The position numbers and the translations under genes were made by a program. A stretch of DNA of 64,000 nucleotides from Bacteroidales bacterium (GTDB lineage: Bacteria; Bacteroidota; Bacteroidia; Bacteroidales; VadinHA17). This document shows, piece after piece, positions 18,279 through 29,403 of this stretch. Where the stretch lies: NCBI GenBank assembly GCA_049975425.1, contig JBNGDI010000006.1, positions 47,263 to 111,262 of the forward strand, written 5' to 3'. The notes below the pieces were generated by a model. The model did no database searches and was not told where the DNA came from. It worked only from the letters and a program-made list of their open reading frames with translations. Position 1 is the first letter of the stretch, and the number at the start of each line of letters is the position of its first letter.

Positions 18279-19496
18279 TCAGGCGTTCTCTCCCAGGGCT
18301 TCCCTGATCACGCCGGCCAGACGTTTTACCCCTTCCACATTTTGTTCCTTCGAAACATACGAGAAATTGATGCGCATGGTATTTTTCCCTGTTTCGTTGC
18401 AGTGGAAAACCGAACCGATAACGAATGCCACATTTTTTTCCACCGCTTTCAGGAATAACTTTTGCGCATCCAGGTGGGGAGGGAGGGTCAGGAACAGGAA
18501 CAGCCCCCCTTCGGGTTCTGTCCAGGAGACTCCCTCCGGCATATATTTCCGGAAGCTTTCCAGCATCAGGTCCCGTTTTTCCCGGTATGAGGCGATGATC
18601 TTCTTCAGGTTCTTTTCAAACAGGCCTTTTTCCAGGTACCTTGCAGCAATTTTCTGCACAAAGGTAGGGGTGCACAGATCGGCCGATTGCTTGGCCATAA
18701 CAAACTTATCAATGATGTCCGCATGGGCAATGACCCAGCCGATACGGAAACCGGGCACAAACGTTTTTGAGAAAGTGCCCAGGGTGATCACCTGTCCCTT
18801 CCCGTCAAGCCCGTAAATCATCGGCTGGTGCTCCCCTTCGAAACGGATTTCGCGATAGGGACTGTCCTCGATAATGAGCACATCATATTCATGAGCAAGG
18901 CTGATGATTTCTTTTCTCCGGAATTCGGGCATGGTAATGCCGGCCGGGTTCTGGAAATCGGGAATGATATAAATGAATTTGGGCTTTTTCTCCTCATTCT
19001 TCATTTCCGACAATACCCGCCTGAGTTCATCACTGCGCATTCCATGCTCATCAAACGGGATACCTATCATTCTGGCTCCGTAGGCGGCAAAAGCGCTTAT
19101 CCCTCCCAGGTAGCTCGGTAATCCGCAGATGATGGGATCGCCCGGATCAATGAAAATTTTACCCAGTAAATCCAGGCCCTGCTGGGAGGCCGTTGTGATG
19201 ACCAGGTTTTCCAGACCAATATCCAGTCCGTAGCTTCGGTACCTTTTTATCAACTGTTCCCTCAGCAGAGTATCCCCTTCGGTGGTACTGTATTGAAGTG
19301 CGGCGGCACCATCTTTTTCGAGAATCTCGTTACATATTTCTTTTAGTTCTTCAATGGGAAAGGAATCGGGAGAAGGCAAACCGCCCGCAAATGAAATTAA
19401 ACCGGGTTTCTGGGTTAATTTCAACAGTTCCCTGATTTCCGATTTTTTCATGTTTCGGGCAACCATTGAAAATGTCCCTTCAAGATCTGAAATCAT
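18279..19496 (-). CDS. PLP-dependent aminotransferase (class I/II fold)
   Basis: 405 aa with ISFAGGLP, a YS...G motif, IIPDFQNPAG and the FSKTFVPGFRIGW PLP-lysine region. Confidence 0.8.
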   Translation of the reverse strand: MISDLEGTFSMVARNMKKSEIRELLKLTQKPGLISFAGGLPSPDSFPIEELKEICNEILEKDGAAALQYSTTEGDTLLREQLIKRYRSYGLDIGLENLVITTASQQGLDLLGKIFIDPGDPIICGLPSYLGGISAFAAYGARMIGIPFDEHGMRSDELRRVLSEMKNEEKKPKFIYIIPDFQNPAGITMPEFRRKEIISLAHEYDVLIIEDSPYREIRFEGEHQPMIYGLDGKGQVITLGTFSKTFVPGFRIGWVIAHADIIDKFVMAKQSADLCTPTFVQKIAARYLEKGLFEKNLKKIIASYREKRDLMLESFRKYMPEGVSWTEPEGGLFLFLTLPPHLDAQKLFLKAVEKNVAFVIGSVFHCNETGKNTMRINFSYVSKEQNVEGVKRLAGVIREALGENA

Positions 19497-19645
19497 GGCA
19501 GGTAGATTTTAATGTGGGTTGGTTAATCTATTGGATTGGTGCATGCCAAAATTCCGAATTGTTTTCATGAAGACAAAAAAAACCGACCTGTTATAGACCA
19601 TATCAGGACGGAGGAATGGGTAAAACAGGAGAATATCAGAATATA

Positions 19646-20269
19646 TCAGCGGGAAATATCTCCCCGGAAAGGCTGCCGGTTAATGATGGATCTTCCCAGT
19701 GTGATCTCATCGGCATATTCCAGTTCATCTCCGAAGGATACTCCTCGGGCCAGTATGCTGATTTCAACATCGTAGTTATGGAATTTACGGTAGAGGTAAA
19801 AATTGGTGGTATCTCCTTCCATGGTAGTGCTCAGGGCCAGTATAATCTCTTTCACTTCTCCCTGTTTGATTTTTTCTTCCAGCTTGCCGGTTTCAAGGTC
19901 TCCGGGGCCTACACCGTCCATGGGAGAAATGATCCCGCCCAGCACGTGGTACAATCCGTTATATTGCTGAGTGTTCTCAATCGATATTACATCCCTGATA
20001 CTTTCCACCACGCACACTATATGGCGGTCGCGACGCGGATTGGTGCATATTTCACAGATATCGGTATCGGAAATGTTGTTACACTCCCTGCAATGTTTGA
20101 TCTCTTTCCTGAGCCGGATCATGCTTTCGCCGAAACGGGTCACTTCTTCCTCGTCCTGTCTGAGCAGGTATAATACCAGCCTGAGGGCGGTTTTTTTACC
20201 TATTCCGGGAAGCTTCGAGAATTCCCTCACAGCTTCATCCAGCAGTTTTGACGAATATTGGTGCAACAC
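19646..20269 (-). CDS. recR: recombination protein RecR
   Basis: HhH motif [13 protein letters not shown]4 zinc finger [16 protein letters not shown], and a Toprim region ([11 protein letters not shown]...DGD). Confidence 0.92.
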   Translation of the reverse strand: MLHQYSSKLLDEAVREFSKLPGIGKKTALRLVLYLLRQDEEEVTRFGESMIRLRKEIKHCRECNNISDTDICEICTNPRRDRHIVCVVESIRDVISIENTQQYNGLYHVLGGIISPMDGVGPGDLETGKLEEKIKQGEVKEIILALSTTMEGDTTNFYLYRKFHNYDVEISILARGVSFGDELEYADEITLGRSIINRQPFRGDISR

Positions 20270-20397
20270 CTGAACCTGTTTTTCACGATCTCCAAAAATA
20301 ATGAATTAATGAGTGATCCGGCAATTTTTTCTTTCGCATGTTTTTAGTATTCTTGCAGCGTCCAGTGAATATTCGTGCATAACATCGCTGTCGGCCT

Positions 20398-21852
20398 ATG
20401 AAACCCATTGGTGTCATTCTAATAATACTTCTGTATTTCCTGGTCCTTCTCATTATTTCTTATTTTACGGGCAGAAAAACCGACTCCGCAGGATTTTTCA
20501 TCGGGAACAGGCAATCGCCCTGGTATGTGGTGGCTTTCGGTATGGTGGGGGCCTCTCTTTCGGGAGTGACTTTTATTTCTGTCCCGGGTTGGGTAGGCGA
20601 CAGCCAGATGTCGTACATGCAAATGGTGCTGGGTTACCTGGCAGGATATGCCGTTATAGCGGAAGTACTTATGCCCCTGTATTACCGGTTGAAACTGACG
20701 TCTATTTATACCTATCTGCAGGGAAGATTCGGATTCTGGTCATACAAAACCGGTGCTTCTTTTTTTCTGTTATCCCGTATTATAGGGGCGTCGTTTCGTT
20801 TATTTCTGGTTGCCAATGTATTGCATATCAGCGTTTTCGGTCAATGGGGGATTCCTTTTTCCGTCACGGTAACGGTCACCATCCTGTTTATCTGGCTGTA
20901 TACTTTCCGTGGAGGAATCAGGACCATTATCTGGACCGATACCCTGCAAACCCTGTTGATGCTGACTGCGGTGGGCTTCAGCGTTTACTATATCAGCCGT
21001 GCCCTGAACCTTGATGTGGAGGGTATTTTCAGAACAGTGAAACAGAATGAATTGTCGCAGGTATTCTTTTTTGGCGACTGGAATGATGAAAGGCATTTTC
21101 TGAAGCAGTTTTTCAGCGGGGCTTTTATTACCATTGTCATGACCGGGCTTGACCAGGATATGATGCAGAAGAATCTCAGTTGCCGGAATATCCGGGAAGC
21201 AAAAAAAAATATGTACTGGTTCAGCATTATTCTGGTGCCGGTGAACCTGTTATTCCTTACGCTGGGTGTTTTGATTTATTCCTATGCTGCGCAGACGGGT
21301 ATGGACCTTCCGGCGCATCCCGACGATCTGTTTCCCCTGGTGGCCCTGCAACAGGGACTGGGGCCAGCCCTGGCGGTGCTTTTCATCCTTGGACTGATTG
21401 CTGCTGCCTATTCCAGTGCCGACAGTGCCCTGACAGCCCTCACCACTTCCTTCACAGTGGATATTCTGAATCCGGGGGATATACCCGAAAACAGGATGCG
21501 CCGGCTGAGAACCCGTGTACATATCGGAATTTCTTTCGTACTATTTTTCGTGATCATGATTTTCAGGCTTGTCAACGACCAGAGCGTAATAAGCGCCCTG
21601 TTTACGGCAGCCGGTTATACCTACGGTCCAATCCTGGGTCTTTATGCATTCGGATTATTAACCAGGCGCAAGGTGCGCGATAATTGGGTCCCGGCGGTAG
21701 CCCTTTTATCGCCGGTTTTGTGCGGAGTCCTTTCCGCATTTTCTGAAGAATGGTTCCGGGGTTACCGTTTCGGTTTCGAAATACTTATTGTGAACGGGTT
21801 CATTTCTTTTCTTGGATTGTGGCTCATCAGTATGAAATCCCGTAAACAATGA
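20398..21852 (+). CDS. sodium:solute symporter family transporter
   Basis: 484 aa, about 13 hydrophobic segments, SSF-like layout (GGIRTIIWTD, GLDQDMMQK). The substrate cannot be determined. Confidence 0.75.
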   Translation: MKPIGVILIILLYFLVLLIISYFTGRKTDSAGFFIGNRQSPWYVVAFGMVGASLSGVTFISVPGWVGDSQMSYMQMVLGYLAGYAVIAEVLMPLYYRLKLTSIYTYLQGRFGFWSYKTGASFFLLSRIIGASFRLFLVANVLHISVFGQWGIPFSVTVTVTILFIWLYTFRGGIRTIIWTDTLQTLLMLTAVGFSVYYISRALNLDVEGIFRTVKQNELSQVFFFGDWNDERHFLKQFFSGAFITIVMTGLDQDMMQKNLSCRNIREAKKNMYWFSIILVPVNLLFLTLGVLIYSYAAQTGMDLPAHPDDLFPLVALQQGLGPALAVLFILGLIAAAYSSADSALTALTTSFTVDILNPGDIPENRMRRLRTRVHIGISFVLFFVIMIFRLVNDQSVISALFTAAGYTYGPILGLYAFGLLTRRKVRDNWVPAVALLSPVLCGVLSAFSEEWFRGYRFGFEILIVNGFISFLGLWLISMKSRKQ

Positions 21853-21897
21853 GAATCCTTGTCCCTGCCTGAAGGGGAGATAAACGGGATGCACCGG

Positions 21898-23706
21898 CTA
21901 GTTATTTTTTTCCGCCCGATTCTTCTCTCCGTTGGTATAGGAATAAATTTCCCGAAGAAGGGATTCGTATTTCCGGTAAATATTTTTACGTTTCAGTTTC
22001 AATACATTGGATAATTCACCGGTGGCAATGGACCATTCTTCATGCACCAGCCTGAACCGCTTGATCTGTTCGTGAAAGGCCAGTTTCTGATTGATCTGGT
22101 TAACTTCTTTCTGGTAGCGGGCCACTACTTCGGGGATTTCGATCAGTTCTTTATTGTCGCGGAACTTGATCTTATGCAGAAAACACCAGTTGTGCAGGAA
22201 TTCAAAATTCGGCACGATCAGCGCACTGGCAAACTTTTCGTTTTCGCCAACCACCATGATCTGTTCAATGAAAAAAGACTCCTTGAATTTGTTCTCGATC
22301 ACCTGCGGTGCCACGTATTTGCCGCTGGAAAGCTTGAATATTTCCTTTTTCCGGTCGGTAATTTTCAGGTATTTGCCCTCAATGATCTGGCCCACATCTC
22401 CCGTATGAAACCAGCCATCACTGTCAATGGCCTCGTCGGTCATTTTCGCATCTTTGTAATAACCCAGCATAACATTGGGTCCCTTGCAAAGGATTTCCCC
22501 GTCTTCGGCTATTTTGACATCCACACCTTCAATGACCGGTCCCACGGTGCCGATCATGATTTCATTGGTGTTGTAATTGTTTACCGCAATGACAGGTGAA
22601 GTTTCGGTCAGGCCGTAACCTTCCAGCACCTTGATGCCTGCTGCCCAGAAAATGGTGGCAATGCGGGGTTGAAGGGCGGCACTGCCCGACACGATAATTT
22701 TGATGTTTCCGCCCAGTGCTTCTCTCCACTTGCTGAAAATCAGCTTGTCGGCTATTCTCAGTTTAAGCCTGTAAAACCAGGAGTTCTGGTTGTGCAGTTT
22801 GTATCGCAGTCCCAGGTTCACTGCCCAGAAGAAAATGCGCTTTTTCAGGCCGGGAAGATCCTTGCCTTTTCCGATGATCTTGTTGTATACGGTTTCCAGC
22901 AAACGGGGCACACTGGTAAAGAGATCGGGTTTGATATCTTTCAGGTCATCCACTATGGTTCCCAGGCTTTCCGCGTAGTAAATGCTGATACCCTTGTACT
23001 GGTAATGGTAATTCAGCATTCTTTCGTAGATGTGGCAGAGGGGCAGAAAACTCAGGCTTTTCGATTCCGGCCCGAAAGGATGAACCTTGATGGTTCCCAT
23101 CACATTACTCACCAGATTCCGGTGACTCAGCGCCACTCCTTTGGGAAGCCCGGTAGTGCCCGATGTATATATCAGGGTAACCATATCGCTTTCCCCAATG
23201 CTGTTTTTGATCTTCTTCAGTTCATCCCTGAATTTCTCTTCATTTTTTCTCCCCAGTTCAATCAGTTCCTCCCAGTTTCTGGCTCCTTCCACCTCGTTGA
23301 ACGTATAAATGTCTTTCAGGCTGGGAGCCTTTTCCATCAGCGGCCGGATCTTTTTATACAGAGCCTGGTCGGATACGATAATCAGTTTGGGTTCGGCATG
23401 ATTGAAAATATATTCATACTCTTCATTACTCAGGGTAGGGTAAACCGGTACATGAACAATACCCGCCTGGCTCATGCCCATATCTGCAAAATTCCATTCC
23501 GGCCGGTTATTGGATATCATGGCCACCTTATCTCCGGGCTGCAGTCCCATGGCCAGCAATCCGTAGCTGAACAGGGTGGCTTTCTCAAGATATTCACTCG
23601 AGCTGTATGTTACCCAGTGCTTGTTGACTTTCCCCGCCAGGGCAACTTCTTTGTTATAGCTTTCCAGGGCATGATCCAGGATGTCGAAGGTGCGTGTAAC
23701 TTTCAT
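21898..23706 (-). CDS. long-chain-fatty-acid--CoA ligase (AMP-dependent synthetase), paralog 1
   Basis: AMP-binding motif LIYTSGTTGLPKGV, plus GYGLTETS, WFHTGD and the linker motif ITDRKKEIFKLSSGKYVAPQ. Start set at MKVTRTFDILD by analogy with the paralog (cat at 23704-23706). Confidence 0.85.
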   Translation of the reverse strand: MKVTRTFDILDHALESYNKEVALAGKVNKHWVTYSSSEYLEKATLFSYGLLAMGLQPGDKVAMISNNRPEWNFADMGMSQAGIVHVPVYPTLSNEEYEYIFNHAEPKLIIVSDQALYKKIRPLMEKAPSLKDIYTFNEVEGARNWEELIELGRKNEEKFRDELKKIKNSIGESDMVTLIYTSGTTGLPKGVALSHRNLVSNVMGTIKVHPFGPESKSLSFLPLCHIYERMLNYHYQYKGISIYYAESLGTIVDDLKDIKPDLFTSVPRLLETVYNKIIGKGKDLPGLKKRIFFWAVNLGLRYKLHNQNSWFYRLKLRIADKLIFSKWREALGGNIKIIVSGSAALQPRIATIFWAAGIKVLEGYGLTETSPVIAVNNYNTNEIMIGTVGPVIEGVDVKIAEDGEILCKGPNVMLGYYKDAKMTDEAIDSDGWFHTGDVGQIIEGKYLKITDRKKEIFKLSSGKYVAPQVIENKFKESFFIEQIMVVGENEKFASALIVPNFEFLHNWCFLHKIKFRDNKELIEIPEVVARYQKEVNQINQKLAFHEQIKRFRLVHEEWSIATGELSNVLKLKRKNIYRKYESLLREIYSYTNGEKNRAEKNN

Positions 23707-23864
23707 ATCGGGTGGTTTTATGCCCAAATATAGAAAATATTTTTACCGGAATTCGACCGCCTGTGATTTGTTTGGGATAAATATAAAATGAGGCGCTATA
23801 ACTGATAGAATAACAATATATTGGATGATTTATGAAAAATATAAAATTTCGACTGTTTTTCGAA

Positions 23865-25634
23865 TCAGAAAAGACTGTCTATCTCCCTTCGGTATTTCTC
23901 ATGAAGAATATCGCGTTTTAACTTCATGCTCAGGGTGATTTCCCCAGTTTTGATCCCCCAGCTGTCGGAAAGAAGCACATACTTTTTGATCCTTTCGGTC
24001 TCTCCCAGCTGTCGGTTTTGTTTTTCCACTTCCCGGTCCATCATGTTTATGACTGAAGGATGTGTGATCAGCCCGGCAAGGCTGCCAGGGACCTGCAGAT
24101 GGTTTTCTTTAAGCCAGTTTTTCAGCCGGCCGGGATTCAAGCAGATGAGGGCTGCCACATATTTTTTCCCTTCGCCCACTACCAGGATATGATCGATGAA
24201 AGGGGATTCCCTGAATACATCCTCAATGTGCTGCGGATTGATGTATTTTCCATAGGAGGTTTTGAAAATTTCCTTTTTTCTTCCGGAGATGATCAGAAAA
24301 CCCTCTTCCGTCAGCATGCCCATATCCCCCGTATGGAACCATCCGCCGGAATCAATGGCTTTGCGGGTGGCGGCTTCATTGTGCAGGTAGCCCTTCATCA
24401 CATTGGGCCCCTGGCACAGGATTTCCCCGTCGGGAGCAATCCTTACCTTTACCCCGGGAATGGGAGGCCCTACCGTTCCCAGGCGGTGTTGCCGGGGAGG
24501 ATGCCGGTTCAGACTGACCAGGGGGGAGGTTTCGGTCAGGCCGTAACCCTGACAGGCTCTCAGTCCTGCTGTCCACATGAACCGTTCGATTTTCAGGGAG
24601 CAGGAAGCACCGCCCACTCCAATGAAGCGTATCCTGCCCCCCAGAAAATTCCTGATATGCCTGTAAACAAGCAGATCATAAAATTTCCTCCTGATCCTGA
24701 ATCCCAGGGACTTTCGGTGATCGGGCGGGTATTCCCCTGTCAGGGCCATGGCCCTGCGGTAGATAAGACCGCTCAATCCTTTTTCCCGGCTGGCTTTCGT
24801 GACAAAGCCCTCCTGTATCTTTTCCAGGACACGCGGTACAGCCACAAAACCGTCTGCCCGTAATTCTCTCAGATTGTCGACAATTGTGCCAAATCCTTCA
24901 GCGTAGCAAATGGTGGTGCGGCAAACCTGAAACTGATAATTGGAAGTACGCTCGTAGATATGGCAAAGGGGCAGGAAACTCAGCACCCTGTCAGCCGGCC
25001 CTAGGGGATGCAGGGTGGAGGAGGTGAGGATATTGCTTACCAGATTCCTGTGGGTGAGAAGTACTCCTTTCGGATTCCCCGTGGTGCCTGAAGTATAGAT
25101 CAGGGTAACCACGTCTTGCTCTGTTATTTCTTCCCTGATTCGTTGCAGTTCTGCTTCCTGTTTCTCTCTTGTTTTCATTCCCAGTCTGGTAATTTCCTGC
25201 AAAGAATGCGGGATATCCGTTTGCGGGGAGAAAGAGTACAACCCGGCGCCCGGGTGTGTCTTCTGAAGAACGGGCTGAACACGGACCATGATGGTCTCAT
25301 CTTCAACAAAAACCAGAGAGGGAACAGACTGGGATAAAATATATTCCAAATCCTCTTTTCCAAGGTATGGATATACCGGCACATGAATTACTCCGATCTG
25401 CCCCAGCCCCATATCCAGAAAATTCCATTCGGGGAAATTGTGCGTCGTTATGCTGACTACCGTATTGCCTTTCCGCAGACCCATGGCCAGCAGTCCCATA
25501 CTGACCAGATCAGACTGTTCCACATATTCCCGGCTGCTTACGTATTTCCAGCATCCGTGCTTTTTTTCTCCGAATACATCGGGTTTGTGCCCTTTCTCAT
25601 CGTATTGTTTCAGAATGTCGAATACTCTTTTCAT
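23865..25634 (-). CDS. long-chain-fatty-acid--CoA ligase (AMP-dependent synthetase), paralog 2
   Basis: LIYTSGTTGNPKGV, GYGLTETS, WFHTGD and ISGRKKEIFKTSYGKYINPQ. Start moved to MKRVFDILKQ (cat at 25632-25634). The 65-codon upstream extension has no family-like sequence. Confidence 0.85.
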   Translation of the reverse strand: MKRVFDILKQYDEKGHKPDVFGEKKHGCWKYVSSREYVEQSDLVSMGLLAMGLRKGNTVVSITTHNFPEWNFLDMGLGQIGVIHVPVYPYLGKEDLEYILSQSVPSLVFVEDETIMVRVQPVLQKTHPGAGLYSFSPQTDIPHSLQEITRLGMKTREKQEAELQRIREEITEQDVVTLIYTSGTTGNPKGVLLTHRNLVSNILTSSTLHPLGPADRVLSFLPLCHIYERTSNYQFQVCRTTICYAEGFGTIVDNLRELRADGFVAVPRVLEKIQEGFVTKASREKGLSGLIYRRAMALTGEYPPDHRKSLGFRIRRKFYDLLVYRHIRNFLGGRIRFIGVGGASCSLKIERFMWTAGLRACQGYGLTETSPLVSLNRHPPRQHRLGTVGPPIPGVKVRIAPDGEILCQGPNVMKGYLHNEAATRKAIDSGGWFHTGDMGMLTEEGFLIISGRKKEIFKTSYGKYINPQHIEDVFRESPFIDHILVVGEGKKYVAALICLNPGRLKNWLKENHLQVPGSLAGLITHPSVINMMDREVEKQNRQLGETERIKKYVLLSDSWGIKTGEITLSMKLKRDILHEKYRREIDSLF

Positions 25635-25736
25635 CAAGCGAGCCCTGATGCTTAAATATACGAAAATTTGCACATCGGGCGAACGGTTCGGGAGAATATT
25701 GTGTAGTTTTGAATTGACAATCAATCTGTGGTGAAC

Positions 25737-26603
25737 ATGAAAACTATATGCTTGACAGGGATCCTTCTGGCCGGCAGTATCCTGGTACATGCCTCCGGGA
25801 AACCGGCCTGCCGCCTGTTTACCGCTCATGGAGTGGAGGTGGAGTATTCGCTTATGTTACAGGAAATGACCGGGGCAGATATGGTCTTTTTCGGGGAATT
25901 GCACAACAATCCTATTGCCCACTGGATGGAAATTGAAATGGTAACTGACCTTTACCGCGAAGTGGGAAACCGGCTGATGCTGGCTGCAGAAATGTTCGAA
26001 GCCGATAACCAGGTACTGCTCGATGAATATCTCAGCGGTTGGATCAGCACCGGCCGGTTTGAAGAGGATGCCAGACTATGGAAAAATTATTCAACCGATT
26101 ACAAACCGCTGGTTGAATTTGCCCGGGAACACAGGCTCAGGTTTATTGCATCGAACGTTCCCAGGCGATATGCTGCCATGGTGGCGGCCGGAGGCTTTGG
26201 AGAACTGGAAAAACTTACCAGCGAAGCGCTTGCCTGGATTGCCCCCCTGCCGGTTCCTTATGATCCGCAGGTGGGTTCGTACAGAAAAATGCTCAAAATG
26301 GATCACGGGGGAGGTATGACCAGTGATCATCTGCCGAAAGCTCAGGCACTGAAAGATGCTACCATGGCACATTTTATTCTGGCAGCCTGGGAACCCGGAC
26401 AACTGGTTTTTCATGTAAATGGCTCCTATCATTCCGAAAACCATGAAGGAATTCTCTGGTACATCGAACACTATCGCCCGGGAACAGAAATGGTGACCGT
26501 GGCTACCGTATTGCAGGAAAATACGGAAGAACTGGATGAAGAACACAGGGGGAAGGCAGATTACCTGATTGTGGTGCCGGCAAACATGACTACAACCTAC
26601 TGA
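25737..26603 (+). CDS. ChaN-family (haem-binding uptake / Tiki superfamily) exported protein
   Basis: Signal peptide MKTICLTGILLAGSILVHASG. Also FFGELHNNPIAHWMEIEM, EMFEADNQ and ASNVPRRY, which are typical of the ChaN / Cofac_haem_bdg family. Confidence 0.6.
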   Translation: MKTICLTGILLAGSILVHASGKPACRLFTAHGVEVEYSLMLQEMTGADMVFFGELHNNPIAHWMEIEMVTDLYREVGNRLMLAAEMFEADNQVLLDEYLSGWISTGRFEEDARLWKNYSTDYKPLVEFAREHRLRFIASNVPRRYAAMVAAGGFGELEKLTSEALAWIAPLPVPYDPQVGSYRKMLKMDHGGGMTSDHLPKAQALKDATMAHFILAAWEPGQLVFHVNGSYHSENHEGILWYIEHYRPGTEMVTVATVLQENTEELDEEHRGKADYLIVVPANMTTTY

Positions 26604-26625
26604 CAGGAAGCTGACCGTAAATTTG

Positions 26626-29253
26626 TTACGTTGACGTAACCATCGAAACGGCTCTTTCCAGTGCACGGTCCAGCCCGGCCGGATATTTTCCTCCTGCCGT
26701 GGCGAAGAAAGGCTGTCCGCCGCCGCCACCCTGTATTTCACGTGCCATTTCCCTGATCATGGTTCCGGCATTAAATCCACGGTCTTTTACCAGATCGTCG
26801 GAGATCATGACCGAGAGAAGGGCTTTTCCCTCCGATTCGGCGCCAAGCACCAGGAAAAGAGGGGAAATTTCCTGTCTCAGCTGAAACGAAAGGTCGCGGA
26901 GTTGTCCGGCATCCTCCACATCAATGCGTTCGGCAATGAGGTAAATACCGTTTATTTCACGTGCCGAGCTCCTTAGCCTTTTTTTGATCTCCTGCAGGCT
27001 TTCCCGGTGCAGGCTGGCTGTTTTCTTCCTCAGTTCCTGTAATTCTTCCTGAAGTTTTTTAACTGACTGTACCAGTTGACCGGATTTTACCCGGAGCAGG
27101 TGCTGGAGTTCTTTCTGTGTATTTTCCAGTTCGCGGAAATACTCTTCGGCTTTTTCCCCTGTTACGGCTTCAATCCTCCGGATGCCTGCAGCCACAGCCG
27201 ATTCGGAAACAATCTTGAAAATACCGATCTGGCCTGAGGATTGCACATGGGTCCCTCCGCAAAGCTCGATCGAATCGCCGAATTTTACCACGCGCACCTC
27301 ATCTGCGTATTTCTCACCGAAAAGGGCCAGTGCACCCATGTTTTTTGCTTTTTCCATTTTTATTCCGGCATTCACTTCCGAACGGATATCCTGCCTGATC
27401 ATCCGGTTTACCCGTTTTTCGATCTCTGACAGTTCCTCTTCCGTTACCTTTCTGAAATGGGAGAAATCGAACCGGAGGTAATCGGGATGCACCAGCGAAC
27501 CCTTCTGTTCCACATGCTTACCCAGCACTTCCCGCAGGGCATGATGCAGCAGGTGGGTGGCCGAATGGTTCCTTGCGGTATTTTCCCTGAGTTTCCGGTC
27601 GACGGTGGCATGGAATGTGCCGGCAGGTTCCGGGGGCAGGGTATCGGTGATATGCACCACCAGCTCGTTTTCTTTCTGGGTGTCGATAATCCGGATCTTT
27701 TCCCCTCCGGAGGAAATGTATCCCGTATCGCCCACCTGTCCCCCCGATTCGGCATAAAAGGGTGTACGGTTGAATACCAGTTGGTAAAGTGTTTGCCCCT
27801 TTTTCCGGATTTTCCGGTACCGCGTGATCAATACATCGGAAGCCAGATCGTCATACCCGGTGAATTCCGCTTCTTTCTCATCATGTACCCTGACCCAGTC
27901 TCCCGTTTCCACCGAAGCAGCACTCCGGGAACGTTCTTTCTGGGCTTTCATTTCACTGTCAAACTCCTCTCTGCGTACTGAAAGTTGATGTTCCCTCAGA
28001 ATGAGCTCTGTGAGATCCAGGGGGAAACCGTAAGTGTCGTATAATTCGAAAGCCGCTTTTCCGCTGATCGTACTTTCTCCGGCAGCCAGGGTTTCCCGCA
28101 CCTGCTCGTCCAGTTTGCGTATGCCTGTTTCCAGTGTGCGTAAAAAGGATGATTCTTCTTCTTTGATCACTTTCATAATGAGTTCCTGCTGCTTTACCAG
28201 CTCAGGGTAATCGTTTCCCATGGTTTCCACCAGCGTGGGAACCAGACTGTAAATAACCGGATGTTCCTGTTTCAGGAAGGAAAAGCAGTACCGCACGGCC
28301 CGGCGTAAGATCCTTCTGATCACGTATCCTGCGCCGGTGTTTGAAGGGATCTGTCCGTCGGCAACGGAAAAGGCAATAGCCCTGAGATGGTCGGCCACCA
28401 CCCGCATGGCTGTGTCGGTTTTCAGATCCTCTCCGTAGGAATGCCCGGTACGGAATCCGATCTCACGGATAATGGGCTGGAAAAGATCGGTATCATAGTT
28501 TGATGCTTTATTCTGCACAATCCGGCAGAGTCTCTCAAAGCCCATGCCGGTATCCACATGCCTGGCGGGTAGCTGCTCCAGCTTTCCATCCGTTTTTCTG
28601 TTGAATTGTATGAATACCAGGTTCCATATTTCAATTACCCTCGGGTCGCCTGCATTCACCAGTTCACGTCCCGGTTTTTCCGCCTTCTCGCGGTCGGTTC
28701 TGAGGTCTGCATGAATTTCCGAACAGGGCCCGCAGGGCCCGGTTTCCCCCATTTCCCAGAAATTGTCCTTTTTTGATCCCGTAAGAATATGATCGCCGGG
28801 AAGATGATCATGCCAGAATTTCAGGGCTTCCTCATCCATGGGGATACCTTCAGCGTGGTCTCCTTCAAATACCGTGGCATACAGGTTGCCGGCCGGGATT
28901 TTCAATACCCCGGTAAGGAATTCCATTGCCCAGGCAATGGCTTCCTTCTTGAAATAATCGCCGAACGACCAGTTCCCTAGCATCTCGAACATGGTATGGT
29001 GATAAGTATCATGTCCAACCTCCTCCAGATCGTTGTGTTTTCCCGAAACGCGAAGGCATTTCTGGGAGTTGGCCACACGGCCCGATGGGTGAGAACGGTT
29101 CCCCAGAAAAATGTCCTTGAACTGGTTCATACCGGCATTGGTAAACATCAGCGTGGGATCATTCTTTACAACCATGGGTGCCGAAGGAACGATCTCATGG
29201 CCCTTTCCGGCAAAAAAATCAAAAAAAGCCTTTCTTATCTCACTTGCTGTCAT
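26626..29253 (-). CDS. alaS: alanine--tRNA ligase
   Basis: 875 aa with [28 protein letters not shown], the editing-domain HSATHLLH...CGGTHV and a C-terminal DHHA1-like GGGGG. Confidence 0.97.
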   Translation of the reverse strand: MTASEIRKAFFDFFAGKGHEIVPSAPMVVKNDPTLMFTNAGMNQFKDIFLGNRSHPSGRVANSQKCLRVSGKHNDLEEVGHDTYHHTMFEMLGNWSFGDYFKKEAIAWAMEFLTGVLKIPAGNLYATVFEGDHAEGIPMDEEALKFWHDHLPGDHILTGSKKDNFWEMGETGPCGPCSEIHADLRTDREKAEKPGRELVNAGDPRVIEIWNLVFIQFNRKTDGKLEQLPARHVDTGMGFERLCRIVQNKASNYDTDLFQPIIREIGFRTGHSYGEDLKTDTAMRVVADHLRAIAFSVADGQIPSNTGAGYVIRRILRRAVRYCFSFLKQEHPVIYSLVPTLVETMGNDYPELVKQQELIMKVIKEEESSFLRTLETGIRKLDEQVRETLAAGESTISGKAAFELYDTYGFPLDLTELILREHQLSVRREEFDSEMKAQKERSRSAASVETGDWVRVHDEKEAEFTGYDDLASDVLITRYRKIRKKGQTLYQLVFNRTPFYAESGGQVGDTGYISSGGEKIRIIDTQKENELVVHITDTLPPEPAGTFHATVDRKLRENTARNHSATHLLHHALREVLGKHVEQKGSLVHPDYLRFDFSHFRKVTEEELSEIEKRVNRMIRQDIRSEVNAGIKMEKAKNMGALALFGEKYADEVRVVKFGDSIELCGGTHVQSSGQIGIFKIVSESAVAAGIRRIEAVTGEKAEEYFRELENTQKELQHLLRVKSGQLVQSVKKLQEELQELRKKTASLHRESLQEIKKRLRSSAREINGIYLIAERIDVEDAGQLRDLSFQLRQEISPLFLVLGAESEGKALLSVMISDDLVKDRGFNAGTMIREMAREIQGGGGGQPFFATAGGKYPAGLDRALERAVSMVTST

Positions 29254-29403
29254 ATCAAACTGTGTGTAAGGCGAATGGAATATATTATTTAATAAAGGAA
29301 TTTATGTATTTTCCGGTCAAGGTTGTAAAATTAATTTATTTAAATTAGTTTTGCTCTTTTTGAAATAGTTTTTTATTAATTTTAAAAGCAAATAAGCAAT
29401 TGT

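Noticed and set aside
22669-23733. 354-aa plus-strand ORF (also 22042-22599 and 24060-24863)
   Set aside because: Antisense shadows of the two acyl-CoA ligase genes, whose AMP-binding motifs are unambiguous.
25635-25829. 65-codon N-terminal extension of the second acyl-CoA ligase ORF
   Set aside because: The extension has no counterpart in the paralog. The internal Met gives MKRVFDILKQ, colinear with MKVTRTFDILD of paralog 1, and the extension would consume the divergent promoter region.
26091-26741. 216-aa minus-strand ORF
   Set aside because: Antisense to the ChaN-like gene and overlapping the alaS 3-prime end. No motifs.
29254-29403. AT-rich 150-bp region between alaS and the M23 peptidase gene, considered as a possible ncRNA or regulatory leader
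   Set aside because: I see no convincing conserved stem-loops. It is a divergent promoter region with a TAGTTTTG -7-like element at 29346-29353, which is ordinary for Bacteroidota.
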